A stretch of DNA of 64,000 nucleotides from an uncultured Planctomycetaceae bacterium (GCA_963815195.1 CAWFGE010000023.1:160001-224000), one strand, 5' to 3'; shown: positions 1 through 10,358, counted from the first letter of the stretch. Notes: generated by a model from the sequence alone, not told the origin. Program-made: numbers and translations.

Positions 1-8
1 ATTCGCGT

Positions 9-36
9 TTGACACCGCCCAACTTCCGGCTAACAT
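9..36 (+). promoter_or_regulatory. Putative sigma70-type promoter upstream of dnaA
   Basis: TTGACA (9-14), 16-bp spacer, TAACAT (31-36); about 300 bp upstream of the dnaA ORF. Confidence 0.45.
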
Positions 37-335
37 CGAGACGAGTGAGTGTTTATTTTTGATGAGCCTGCTGCTGGTCTGACTTGGGGGTTGTCCAAGG
101 AACAATTCGGAGTTCTCACCGGATGGTGCCCGTTCGAGAACGTTCTTTCCGAATCGAATAATCCCCGGGTCGCGCTGAATTCTCAGTAGACGACGGTTGG
201 CTGATCGTCCCTTTCTTGAAACGACAGCGTTTCCTTCATCGCCAAAATCGCGTTGAGCGTGCGGAGAGCGTCACGCCTTCCCGGTGGCCGTTTGCATAAA
301 GCGGGGCGGTTAAGGTTTGCGCCGGGGGTCGCAAG

Positions 336-1910
336 ATGCCGCCCAGGAACCGTAATGAGAATTCCCACCCAACCGACCCCATCCGTCAACACTTGGAGTC
401 CGCCTTCAAGCTTCCCGCCGCGTCCCCCACGGCCGCGGCGCAACCGGCCAGCCATCCGGTTCCGACCAAGTTAGCCGCCCTTTCGCCTGCGGAACCCGTT
501 TCCACTCTTTGCGCCATTCCCGCGGAAGACGACGCTTCCAAGCTCAATGCTTTGTTGCGCGAAAAACTGGGCGAGAAAAGCTATCAGCATGCGTTCGCGG
601 GGAAAACGAACATCCGCTTCGCCGACGATGAGGTCGTCGTCGGCGCGGCCAGTCCGTTTCTGATGTCCTGGATGCAAAAGCAATTCCGCGGCGTGATCGC
701 CGAGTTGGCCCGCGGAATCGTCGGCCCGTCCGCCCGTGTGCGGTTTGAAGTGGACGGCGAACTCGCGGCGAATCTCAACGCGGAGGAACCGAAGACCCAA
801 AATGCCGACGATGCGGAATCCCGCGCTCGCGCATCGGCTTCAACGTCCAACGATGAGACCCATCGCCCCGGACGAATGTTTGCCCGCTTGGAGGATTTTG
901 TCGAAGGCCCCCATGCTTCGCTCGCCATGATGGCGGTCGGAGAAATTTGCCGGGCACCGGGCCAGCAATACAACCCGCTGTATCTCCACGGCGGCGTGGG
1001 CCTGGGCAAGACGCATCTCCTGGAAGGCATCTATCGCAGCATCCGGGCGCGGTATCCCGCGCTCCGGGTGTTGTATCTGACGGCGGAAGCCTTCACGAAC
1101 TACTTCACGGCGGCCCTCCGGGAAAAAACGCTGCCCAGCTTTCGCCAGAGGTTCCGCAGCGTCAATGTGCTGTTGATCGACGACTTGGATTTTCTGGAAT
1201 CCAAGCGAGGCATCCAGGAGGAATTCCTGCATACCTATAAGCAGTTGGAATCGCGCGGCGGGCAGGTCGTGATCACGGCGGACCGGCATCCCCGGCTGAT
1301 GCCGAACCTCAGCGAGGAACTCATGACCCGCTGCCTGTCCGGTCTCGTGTGCCGGTTGGAGCCGCCCGATCAAGACGCCCGCGAAAAAATCGCCGCCGCC
1401 CACGCGGCCCGGCAGAAGATGGAAATCGCCGGCGAGGTGCTGGAGTTTGTGGCCCGGCGGTTTTCGCGGAACGTGCGGGAACTGCAAGGGGCGATTAACA
1501 CGCTGGCGACTTACGGCCGGATGACCAAGCGCCGCGTGAGCCTGTCCGCCGCCCGCAATGTCCTCGCCGACCTGGAACGCGACTGCACCCGCATCGTCCG
1601 CATGGCCGACGTGGAGCAGACGGTCTGCCAGTTCTTCGGGGTGACGCCGGGCGATCTAAAATCCGGAAAACGCATCCGCTCGCTCACGCAGCCGCGGATG
1701 CTTGCGATGTTTCTGATCCGCAAGCACACGCAGGCGGCGTATCAAGAGATCGGCCACTACTTCGGCGGCCGCAACCACGCCACGGTCATCTCGGCCGAGA
1801 AAAAAGTCCTCGGCTGGCTCGCGGAAAAATCCCCCGTCAAAATCGCCGCCAACTCCTGGCCCATCGAGGAGGTCTTGGAAGCCCTCGAACGCCAACTCCA
1901 AGCCGGGTAA
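336..1910 (+). CDS. dnaA: Chromosomal replication initiator DnaA
   Basis: YNPLYLHGGVGLGKTHLL Walker A, LLIDD Walker B, NVRELQGA sensor, domain IV IGHYFGGRNHATV; start codon uncertain. Confidence 0.95.
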   Translation: MPPRNRNENSHPTDPIRQHLESAFKLPAASPTAAAQPASHPVPTKLAALSPAEPVSTLCAIPAEDDASKLNALLREKLGEKSYQHAFAGKTNIRFADDEVVVGAASPFLMSWMQKQFRGVIAELARGIVGPSARVRFEVDGELAANLNAEEPKTQNADDAESRARASASTSNDETHRPGRMFARLEDFVEGPHASLAMMAVGEICRAPGQQYNPLYLHGGVGLGKTHLLEGIYRSIRARYPALRVLYLTAEAFTNYFTAALREKTLPSFRQRFRSVNVLLIDDLDFLESKRGIQEEFLHTYKQLESRGGQVVITADRHPRLMPNLSEELMTRCLSGLVCRLEPPDQDAREKIAAAHAARQKMEIAGEVLEFVARRFSRNVRELQGAINTLATYGRMTKRRVSLSAARNVLADLERDCTRIVRMADVEQTVCQFFGVTPGDLKSGKRIRSLTQPRMLAMFLIRKHTQAAYQEIGHYFGGRNHATVISAEKKVLGWLAEKSPVKIAANSWPIEEVLEALERQLQAG

Positions 1911-1930
1911 AGCCGTAACTGAAATACATA

Positions 1931-2113
1931 TTCCACCAAAGCGGCACGGCGCTAGCCGCCGGTGTTCCACCAAAGTGAGCGGCACGGCGCTAGCCGCCGG
2001 TGTTCCACCAAAGTGAGCGGCACGGCGTAGCCGCCGGTGTTCCACCAAAGTGAGCGGCACGGCGCTAGCCGCCGGTGTTCCACCAAAGTGAGCGGCACGG
2101 CGCTAGCCGCCGG
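1931..2113. repeat. Tandem array of about 5 x 38-bp REP-like palindromic units
   Basis: Unit TTCCACCAAAGTGAGCGGCACGGCGCTAGCCGCCGGTG repeated head-to-tail (first copy lacks GTGA, third lacks one C); no unique spacers. Confidence 0.95.
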
Positions 2114-2200
2114 CCAGCGGGCGGTCTATTATGGAGGGAACGATTCACGTCCGTTGATGGATCGAGATGATGCCGCCGGCGAACCCGTTCGACGTTCTGG

Positions 2201-2938
2201 ATGTTCGGAAAGGCCGGTGCCGATCTTGCGAGGTTTATTATGATGCGGCCCGGCGAACACGGCGATGCGTTTTTTCAATCTCGGCGTTCGGATCACGGGA
2301 ACTCGGCGTCCCCGTCGTGGACGGCGGTGGCCCGGTTTCTAAACGCGGCGGAAGCGGGCTACTTCGCCCACGAACTCAAGCTGCTCGCGAATATCCCCGT
2401 CAATTTGCAGGCGGAAGAGGATTTCGAGGCGGTGTCCGGGCATTGCTCCACGCGGTTTGTGCTGTCGGTCCCGGAGCCGTGGGCGGAACAGGCGGCGCTT
2501 TCGCTTCAGGAACTCGTGCAGCAAACGGACGCCGACGACTCGCTGCCCGAATTGACCGCCCCGTTGGAGCGGGAGGGGTTTTTGGAAGCGGACAGCCAGC
2601 CGTTTGATCCGTTCGTCGAAGACCCGCTGTTCGCGCCGCCCAATCCGGTCAATTGGGTGCCGATCGTGGTGACGCTGGCCGCCGGTTCGATGGCGATTTG
2701 GGGGATCAAGAAACTCTGGGAGCCCGCCCGCCCGCAGCCCGCCGCTCCCGCCAATGCTCCGCGGGAGGTGCTGTGGGATGCGATGCGGACCGGCGGCCGA
2801 AAGTGGGTGCAATCCGATCCCGCGGGCCGGCCCGTTCGCGAATTGGAAATCAACTTTGCCGGCACCGAAGCCACGCTCCGGGAAGACAGCAACGGCGACC
2901 GGGTCTTCGACCGCACGCTGCAACTCAAACGCCGTTGA
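2201..2938 (+). CDS. Hypothetical single-pass membrane protein
   Basis: 245-aa ORF with host-like codon usage and one hydrophobic helix (WVPIVVTLAAGSMAIWGI); start uncertain. Confidence 0.65.
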   Translation: MFGKAGADLARFIMMRPGEHGDAFFQSRRSDHGNSASPSWTAVARFLNAAEAGYFAHELKLLANIPVNLQAEEDFEAVSGHCSTRFVLSVPEPWAEQAALSLQELVQQTDADDSLPELTAPLEREGFLEADSQPFDPFVEDPLFAPPNPVNWVPIVVTLAAGSMAIWGIKKLWEPARPQPAAPANAPREVLWDAMRTGGRKWVQSDPAGRPVRELEINFAGTEATLREDSNGDRVFDRTLQLKRR

Positions 2939-3013
2939 GTGAATGAGCCGGATTCCGCGACTCGGCGACAAAGCCAAGTCCACCGGGAGCATGGGCCTAA
3001 TCGCGGCAGGTTA

Positions 3014-6000
3014 TCATTCGTTTTGGGCGTGCTGGGCGAAGCGGGGGTCTTCGATGCCCAGACGAAGTTTCCATTCCTGCACCGAGCAGTACAGCACCGG
3101 CACGACGAGCATCGTCATGATCTCGATCAGCATGCCGCCGAAGCTGGGAATCGCCATCGGCACCATGATGTCGGAGCCGCGACCGGTCGAAGTGAGGACG
3201 GGAATCAAAGCGAGGATCGTGGTCGCGGTGGTCATCAAGCACGGCCGAACCCGGCGTAAGCCCGCGGCCAAGGTGGCGGCCCGGGCCTCGGCGGGGGTGG
3301 TGATTCTGCGGCGGAAGAAGCTTTGATCCAGATAGGTCGCGATCACCACGCCGTCGTCGGTCGCGATGCCGAACAGCGCAAGGAAACCCACCCACACCGC
3401 CACGCTGAGGTTGATGGGATGAATCTGAAACAGCGATTGGATATTCGTCCCGAACACGCTGAAGTCCAAGAACCAAGGCTGCCCGTAAAGCCACAGCAGA
3501 AGAAACCCGCCGGCCCAGGCAATCGCGATGCCGGTAAACACCAGCGAAGATGTGATGACTGAGCGGAACTGGAAGTACAGGATCATAAAGATGATGAACA
3601 GCGCGAGGGGCAATACGACCATCAGAGTTTTCTGCGAGCGGATCTGGTTTTCGTAGTTGCCGGCGAAACTGTAGCTCACGCCCGCCGGCAGGAGGAACTC
3701 GCCGCTGTCGATTTTTTCCTGGAGATACCTCTGGGCGTCTTCGACCACATTGACTTCCGCCTCGCCGGGCTTCATGTCGAACAGCACGTAGCCGACCAGA
3801 AACGTGTCTTCGCTTTTGATGACCTGGGGCCCTCGGACGTATTTGATCTCGGCCACCTGGGCGAGCGGGATGTGCGAACCGTCCTTGGCCGGCACGAGGA
3901 TCTTGCCCAGTTCTTCGATCTCGTCCCGCAGTTCGCGCATGTAGCGGACGCGGACGGCGAAGCGCTCCCGGCCTTCGACGGTCGTGGTGATCGGCATGCC
4001 GCCGATGGCGACTTCGACCACATCCTGCACATCCTGAATGTTGAGGCCGTAGCGGGCGATCTTCTTGCGGTCGAAGTCGATGTTCAAATAAGGCTTGCCC
4101 ACGATGCGGTCGGCAATCACGGCGGAAGCCTCGACGCTGGACACTTCTTTCAAGAAGCGTTCGATGTCGAGAGCCGCCTTCTCGATCGATTCGAGATCGG
4201 GGCCTTTGACTTTGACGCCCATCGGAGCCCGCATGCCGCTTTGCAGCATCACGATCCGGGCGGCGATCGGTTGGAGTTTCGGCGCGGAAGTCGTGCCGGG
4301 CACCTGGGCGGCCTCGACGATCTCGTGCCAGATGTCATCGGGTGTCCGAATTCCCGCCCAAGCCTGGCGGCCCGGATTGAGGGCCGGATCGAGCGCGGCC
4401 CGCCATTGACGGAACGGCACGCCGGCCGGGTCTTCGATCAACTTGCCGTCTTTCGTGCGGGCGAACACCCCTTGAACTTTGTAGGGCTTGCCGTCGCCTG
4501 AGGGCAGGGGCATGCCCGAGGCATCGCGGAAGAAATCCACCGCGTCGGGATCGAACCGAAAATCGATCCGGTGCCCGGCCTTATTCACCACATATTCCGA
4601 CCTGTAGTTGATGATCGTCTCGATCATGGAGACGGGAGCGGGATCGAGGGGGCTTTTCACCCGGCCGAGTTTCCCCACCGCGAGTTCCACTTCAGGGATC
4701 TCGCTGATCCGCCGGTCCTGCAGTTGAATGACGTCCAAAGCTTCGCCGATCGAAGCATGGGGCATCGTGGAAGGCATGTAGAGATAGGACCCCTCATCCA
4801 ACGGCGGCATGAACTCTTTCCCGAACCCGTCCCAGCTCTGGGCGAGCATCCACTGGAGTTTCGTCCCGGCCGGACGGTCCGCGATTTCGGTCTTCCATGA
4901 TTTGGAGCGAACGCCGGCCAGTTCGTATTTGAACTTTTCCCGCAGTGGGAGATCCGCGAGATCTTCGTCCGAAAGCTTTTGTGTTTCGTACTCTTTCGGA
5001 ATCGGGCCGAGAAAAGTCCCCGGTCCCAGCCAGGCTCCAAAGCCCAATAGCATCACCGCGAGAGGCAGGCTCAGAAACAGCAGTTTGTTATCGAGCGCCC
5101 AGCGGAGCATCGGCCGATAAAGGTATTTCTGAAAAACTTGGAAAAACGCGAGCAATCCGCCGATGACGACCGCCACGAACAGGATGTTATGAAACAGCCC
5201 TCGTTCCGGTCCCAAAGGCAGCCAATCCTTCGTGAGCAACACGCCCACCAACAGCACCGCCGCCCCGGTGGCCAGGTACAAGCCCGCGGCGTGCGTTCGG
5301 CTCCGCCAATGTTCCCACTCCTCCGGCAGGGACTCGGCGAGCAGCTTGAACGCCCCCAAGGTGCCGATGATCGCCCCGGCCCACCACGCCAACCAAATCC
5401 CGATCCCAATCCCCGCGATAACCAGGCTGCCGTAAAACATCTGCTTGAGAAACCGGCTGTTGATGCGCGTGGCAAAGAAAATGTGGGCCATCGGCGGGAT
5501 GATCGTCAAAGCCACGATGACCGCGGACGCCAGCGCGAAGGTCTTCGTGAAGGCCAGGGGTTTGAACAGTTTGCCCTCCGCCCCGATCATGGTAAACACC
5601 GGCAGAAAGCTGACGATGGTCGTCGAGACGGCCGTCACCACCGCGCTGCCCACTTCGCTCGACGCCCGATAGACGACCTCCAAGCGGTTTTCGTTCGGGT
5701 CGGCTTCGTCGAGATGCTTGAGGATGTTCTCGCAAAGGATGATCCCCATGTCGACCATCGTGCCGATGGCGATGGCGATCCCCGAGAGCGCCACGATGTT
5801 CGCATTGAAAAACTGAGCGGTCCCGGTCGCTCCGAGCTTGTTGGCGAGCCAGGCGCTGGTGGACATGGCGATAAAGCACATCAAGACCGCCAGCGGCAAC
5901 AGGGCGCTGATCAGCATGGAACTCCGCAGATGCATCACCATCACCAGAATCACGATGACCGTCACCAGGATTTCTTCGACGAGCGCCTGGTTCAGCGTGC

Positions 6001-7222
6001 CCAAGGTTTCATAAATCAGCCCCGTGCGGTCGTAAAACGGCACGACCGTGACGTGGCTGGTCGTGACCCAAGGCGGCCATTGGCTCCGCGGCGTCGCGCG
6101 GAGATGCTTGACCCACGCCTCGTGGTTCAAGAGACCATCCGCGGCGAAGGCGCCAAAGTTGTTCGCCTCGGCATAGGCGGCGACGTTCGCCCCCGTGGTT
6201 TTGCCGTAGTCCACGACCGCCTTGGTCGGCAGGCCCTTTTCGAACTCTTGGATTTGCTTTTTAAGGTTCTTGATGGCTTCGAGCGGATTAAAACCATACC
6301 GCACCACCGCCACGCCGCCGACCACCTCAGCCCCGCCTTTGTCCAACGCTCCGCGGCGGAGGGCCGGGCCAAGCGAGACGTGCGCGACATCCTTCACATA
6401 GATCGGCACGTTGTCGTTGACCGCGACGACGCTGTATTCCAGGTCCTCCACATTTTTGACGAAGCCCAAGCCGCGGATGAAATACTCGGCCTTGTTAATC
6501 TCGATGGTGCGCGCGCCCACGTCGATATTGGAGCGTTTCACGGCCGTGAAGATCTGGTCGATGTTCACGCGGGCGGCCCGCATGGCGTCGGGATCGACGT
6601 CGATCTGGTATTCCTGCACGAAGCCGCCGACCGAGGCGACCTCGCTGATGCCTTTTGCCGAGAGCAAGTTGTAGCGGACGTACCAATCCTGAATGGTCCG
6701 CAGTTCGTTCAGATCCCAGCCGCCTGCGGGTTTGCCCTCGGGATCCCGGCCTTCGAGGGTGTACCAATAGACTTGGCCCAAGGGCGTTGCATCGGGACCG
6801 AGCGCGGGCTGCACGCCGTCCGGCAGAGTTCCCGAAGGCAGGCTGTTGAGCTTTTCCAGAACGCGTGTCCGCGACCAGTAGAACTCCACATCCTCATCGA
6901 AAATCACATAGATGCTGGAAAAGCCGAAGAACGAATAGCTGCGAATCGTCTTCACGCCGGGCACGCCCAACAGCGCGACCGTCAGCGGATAGCTGATCTG
7001 GTCCTCCACATCCTCAGGCGACCGGCCCATCCATTCGGTGAAGATGATTTGCTGGTTCTCGCCGATGTCCGGGATGGCATCAGTGGGCACGGGATGCCTC
7101 GGCAAGGGTCCCAAATCCCAATCAAACGGCGCAACCATCATCCCCCAACCCACGACGAGCAGGACGATCAGCCCGACGACCAGCTTGTTCTCCAGACAGA
7201 AGCGAATCGTTTTATCGATCAT
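3014..7222 (-). CDS. cusA: CusA/CzcA-family heavy-metal RND efflux permease (long form, ~1400 aa)
   Basis: DAIPDIGENQQIIFTEWMGRSP, LGPDATPLGQVYWY, GTMVDMGII, MPPLDEGSYLYMP, RVRPCLMTTATT; start placed at MIDKT. Confidence 0.93.
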   Translation of the reverse strand: MIDKTIRFCLENKLVVGLIVLLVVGWGMMVAPFDWDLGPLPRHPVPTDAIPDIGENQQIIFTEWMGRSPEDVEDQISYPLTVALLGVPGVKTIRSYSFFGFSSIYVIFDEDVEFYWSRTRVLEKLNSLPSGTLPDGVQPALGPDATPLGQVYWYTLEGRDPEGKPAGGWDLNELRTIQDWYVRYNLLSAKGISEVASVGGFVQEYQIDVDPDAMRAARVNIDQIFTAVKRSNIDVGARTIEINKAEYFIRGLGFVKNVEDLEYSVVAVNDNVPIYVKDVAHVSLGPALRRGALDKGGAEVVGGVAVVRYGFNPLEAIKNLKKQIQEFEKGLPTKAVVDYGKTTGANVAAYAEANNFGAFAADGLLNHEAWVKHLRATPRSQWPPWVTTSHVTVVPFYDRTGLIYETLGTLNQALVEEILVTVIVILVMVMHLRSSMLISALLPLAVLMCFIAMSTSAWLANKLGATGTAQFFNANIVALSGIAIAIGTMVDMGIILCENILKHLDEADPNENRLEVVYRASSEVGSAVVTAVSTTIVSFLPVFTMIGAEGKLFKPLAFTKTFALASAVIVALTIIPPMAHIFFATRINSRFLKQMFYGSLVIAGIGIGIWLAWWAGAIIGTLGAFKLLAESLPEEWEHWRSRTHAAGLYLATGAAVLLVGVLLTKDWLPLGPERGLFHNILFVAVVIGGLLAFFQVFQKYLYRPMLRWALDNKLLFLSLPLAVMLLGFGAWLGPGTFLGPIPKEYETQKLSDEDLADLPLREKFKYELAGVRSKSWKTEIADRPAGTKLQWMLAQSWDGFGKEFMPPLDEGSYLYMPSTMPHASIGEALDVIQLQDRRISEIPEVELAVGKLGRVKSPLDPAPVSMIETIINYRSEYVVNKAGHRIDFRFDPDAVDFFRDASGMPLPSGDGKPYKVQGVFARTKDGKLIEDPAGVPFRQWRAALDPALNPGRQAWAGIRTPDDIWHEIVEAAQVPGTTSAPKLQPIAARIVMLQSGMRAPMGVKVKGPDLESIEKAALDIERFLKEVSSVEASAVIADRIVGKPYLNIDFDRKKIARYGLNIQDVQDVVEVAIGGMPITTTVEGRERFAVRVRYMRELRDEIEELGKILVPAKDGSHIPLAQVAEIKYVRGPQVIKSEDTFLVGYVLFDMKPGEAEVNVVEDAQRYLQEKIDSGEFLLPAGVSYSFAGNYENQIRSQKTLMVVLPLALFIIFMILYFQFRSVITSSLVFTGIAIAWAGGFLLLWLYGQPWFLDFSVFGTNIQSLFQIHPINLSVAVWVGFLALFGIATDDGVVIATYLDQSFFRRRITTPAEARAATLAAGLRRVRPCLMTTATTILALIPVLTSTGRGSDIMVPMAIPSFGGMLIEIMTMLVVPVLYCSVQEWKLRLGIEDPRFAQHAQNE

Positions 7223-7479
7223 TGACAATCTCAAACTTGGCGATGATCTTGCGATCAAAAGCGCGAGAATTCTTTAGCCAAAGTTCATCTGCGGTCGAAC
7301 CGGAAGATTAGGGGGTTTTCCGGATCGCTCCCCGATGCAATAATTGACAGATGTGCCATCAACCGAATTCTAACAGGAACCCGCTTCGAGATAAGGTGTA
7401 AGGCGCGAATGAAACGGAAAACATCCTCTCCCGGAATCTCAATTCAGCGATTTTCCCAGTCCGCGAGCCTGCGTGTCGT

Positions 7480-10143
7480 ATGAAAAACCCGCTTCCCATC
7501 CAATGGTGCAAAAACCTGTATCGGAACCATCGAGTTCTGATTCTTATGGGCCAGGCGCTCGTATTTGTCGGCGTGGGCTACTTGGTGGCCTCGGGTTTCC
7601 AGAAGTCCGCCGACCTGCCGCCGGCCGAGAATCAGGAAACGGCAACCGCCGAAGCCGAGGAAGGGCCCAATCTCTGGACGTGCTCGATGCACCCGCAGAT
7701 TCGCCAGTCGCATCCCGGCAAGTGTCCGATCTGCGGAATGGATTTGATTCCCGTCGCCACGCAAGCGGGGGGACTTCGGACGTTGACCGTCAGCCCTGAA
7801 ACGCGGGCCTTGATGAGCATCGCCTCGACGCCCGTCCTTCGCAAATATGTCACGCACGAAATTCCGATGGTCGGCAAGGTGGACTATGACGAAACGAAGA
7901 TCGGCTACATCACCGCCTGGGTGCCGGGGCGGTTGGATCGGTTGTACGTCGATTACACGGGCGTCGAAGTCAAAGAGGGCGACCACATGGTTTATATCTA
8001 TAGCCCGGAATTGTACTCGGGCCAGGAGGAATTGATTCAGGCCCTCAAACACCGCCGGGAACGGCCGGCCAACCCAAGCACCAAACTCATCCAGCCCATC
8101 GACCTCGTCGAAGCGGCCCGCGAAAAACTCCGGCTGTTAGGCCTCACCGAATCGCAAATCAAAGACATCGAAAAACAAACCACGCCCAGCGACCACCTCA
8201 CGATTTTTGCCAAAGTCAGCGGGATCGTCATCGACAAGCTGAAGCAGGAAGGCGATTACGTCAAGACCGGCGAGCGAGTCTACACGATCGCCGACTTGAA
8301 CCAGGTCTGGGTGCATCTGGACGCCTACGAAACGGACCTGCCTTGGGTTCGCTACGGCCAGGATGTGACGATCACCACGGAAGCCTATCCGGGCGAGACC
8401 TTTCATGGGCGGATTGCGTTTATCCAGCCCGTGCTCAACGACCGCACGCGAACGGTCAAAGTCCGCGTGAACGTGCCCAACGCCGACGGCAAACTCAAGC
8501 CCGAAATGTTCGTGCGCGCCACCGTCGAGCCGCAGGTTGCGGCGGGGGGGCGGGTGATGGATCCCAGTCTCGCCGGCAAATGGATCAGCCCGATGCACCC
8601 GGAGATCATCAAGGACCACCCCGGCAAATGCGACATCTGCGGCATGCCGCTGGTGCGGGCGGAATCGCTGGGCTACGTTACGCCGACGACCGACGAGAAA
8701 CAAGCCCCGCTGGTCATTCCCTATTCCGCGGCTCTCGTCACAGGCCGGCGGGCGGTTGTGTATGTCGAACTTCCGACGATGCCGATGGGCGTGGAGACCG
8801 GGTTCCAGGGCCTTGCCGGGGCTGTGGAGACCGGCGACGTGCAGCAGATTCGCAAGACCTTCGCCGTGTTCAGCAATGTGCTCGATCGGCCGTACGATCG
8901 CCAAGGGACCGATTACGCCCGCAACCTCTGGAACGGCTTTGCGGACCGGCTGGCAAAACTGTCCCTGGAAGGCGAACGGATTTCGACAAAAGAAGCCGCG
9001 GGCGACGTGCTCACGCGGTTGGAAACCTTGATGAGCGAACTTCGCGAGGAGTTTTCGCCCGTCGGCCAGCCGACCTTTGAAGGCCGGGAAATCGTGCTCG
9101 GTCCGCGGGCGGGACGTTTTTATCTGGTGAAGCACGGTTTGGTGGAAGGCGAACTGGTCGTCACCAGCGGGAACTTCAAAATCGACGCCGAGATTCAAAT
9201 CCAGGCCAAGCCCAGCATGATGACCCCGGAAGGCGGAGGAGGCGGCGGCCACCATCACGGCGGCGAAAGCCTGAAAAAAACCGGCAGCGAAGACCACGCC
9301 GGCCACAAGATGGCTTTGCCGGCCGCCTTCAACAACCAACTCCACAACTTGGAAGCCGCTTATGAAAAGATCGCCGCGGCCGTCGGGCAGAAGGAATTGG
9401 GTCGGATCACCGCCGGCTTTCAAAACTTCGGTCGGATTTTGAATGGCGTCGATCCGTCGCCGTTGACCGGGCATCCGCGGATGTTGTGGAAAGAGTTTTC
9501 CATGCTCTTGGGCAACGATGCCGCGGAAGGCGGGGACGTGGAGCAAGCGGCCGACGCCGACCGCGTGTTTCTATTGCTCAAGTCCCACATGCGGCGGATG
9601 CGCGAGCAATTGGGCTTTCGGCAAGACCACCCGCGGCCGATTGAACACCTTTCCGTGCCCGCGGAATTTCAAGCCGAGTTGGCCGGCGTCTGGGAAAGCT
9701 ACCTGGCGATCCAAAAGGAACTCGCCGCTGATCGGTTCGCCGGGGCCAAAGGAGCGATTCCCGGTTTCGAGTCCGCGGTCGCCACCGTCGATGACAGCTC
9801 CATCGACGAGCGAGCGCTTGACGTGTGGAAACGAGAGAAAGCCAACCTGGAAAACCTGACCGCCGCATTGAAGAAGACGAGCGACATCAATGGCCTGCGG
9901 AGCGAGTTCAAACCGCTCTCGGAAGAGATCGGCGTGTTGGCGCGGTCCTTCGGCTTCGGCGAAGTCCAATCGATTTACGAGCTGCACTGTCCGATGGCGT
10001 TTCAAAACAAAGGTGCAATCTGGTACCAAAATAGCGAACAAGTGCAGAACCCCTACTTCGGCTCGTCCATGTTCAAATGCGCGGATCGCGTGCAAAAAAT
10101 CACCCGCAGCCACGACGAAGGGTCCGACTCAAAGGAACATTAG
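7480..10143 (+). CDS. cusB: CusB-like RND periplasmic adaptor with heavy-metal-binding domains and C-terminal DUF3347-like region
   Basis: WTCSMHPQIR..CPICGMDL and SPMHPEI..CDICGMPL motifs; MFP core (YSPEL, RTVKVR, LKPEMFV); C-terminal HCPMAF..W..NPYFGSSMFKC. Confidence 0.9.
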   Translation: MKNPLPIQWCKNLYRNHRVLILMGQALVFVGVGYLVASGFQKSADLPPAENQETATAEAEEGPNLWTCSMHPQIRQSHPGKCPICGMDLIPVATQAGGLRTLTVSPETRALMSIASTPVLRKYVTHEIPMVGKVDYDETKIGYITAWVPGRLDRLYVDYTGVEVKEGDHMVYIYSPELYSGQEELIQALKHRRERPANPSTKLIQPIDLVEAAREKLRLLGLTESQIKDIEKQTTPSDHLTIFAKVSGIVIDKLKQEGDYVKTGERVYTIADLNQVWVHLDAYETDLPWVRYGQDVTITTEAYPGETFHGRIAFIQPVLNDRTRTVKVRVNVPNADGKLKPEMFVRATVEPQVAAGGRVMDPSLAGKWISPMHPEIIKDHPGKCDICGMPLVRAESLGYVTPTTDEKQAPLVIPYSAALVTGRRAVVYVELPTMPMGVETGFQGLAGAVETGDVQQIRKTFAVFSNVLDRPYDRQGTDYARNLWNGFADRLAKLSLEGERISTKEAAGDVLTRLETLMSELREEFSPVGQPTFEGREIVLGPRAGRFYLVKHGLVEGELVVTSGNFKIDAEIQIQAKPSMMTPEGGGGGGHHHGGESLKKTGSEDHAGHKMALPAAFNNQLHNLEAAYEKIAAAVGQKELGRITAGFQNFGRILNGVDPSPLTGHPRMLWKEFSMLLGNDAAEGGDVEQAADADRVFLLLKSHMRRMREQLGFRQDHPRPIEHLSVPAEFQAELAGVWESYLAIQKELAADRFAGAKGAIPGFESAVATVDDSSIDERALDVWKREKANLENLTAALKKTSDINGLRSEFKPLSEEIGVLARSFGFGEVQSIYELHCPMAFQNKGAIWYQNSEQVQNPYFGSSMFKCADRVQKITRSHDEGSDSKEH

Positions 10144-10329
10144 CCCGCCGGAAGCCGCGAAGGGATTTGCCACAACAGCCGCAGGCCCGGTGGTGCCGGA
10201 GGGGGGCTTCCGCCTTGTCCCGATCGTCCTTGAGGGCACCGTTGGCCTCCCCCTGAGCCGCCCGCCGTCTCATGTTCAGGAATTTCTCGCTCAGTTTTAA
10301 GAAAAACCGATTCCTGTCGGCGCTGTGCT

Positions 10330-10358
10330 TTGACATCGGCAAAGCGGAAGACTAGAGT
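10330..10358 (+). promoter_or_regulatory. Putative sigma70 promoter of the atp operon
   Basis: TTGACA-17 bp-TAGAGT about 95 bp upstream of the first atp gene. Confidence 0.55.

Noticed and set aside
1930..2090. DnaA-box cluster or oriC (TGTTCCACC in each repeat)
   Set aside because: Only about 6/9 match to TTATCCACA, GC-rich context, no AT-rich unwinding element, and the core occurs elsewhere as a REP.
1931..2113. CRISPR array
   Set aside because: Units are contiguous with no unique spacers, and there are no cas genes.
5138..7225. Long antisense ORFs (also 8137-9546, 16602-18170, 21508-22932, 30364-31995, 50286-51731)
   Set aside because: Shadow frames of GC-rich genes with no recognisable motifs.
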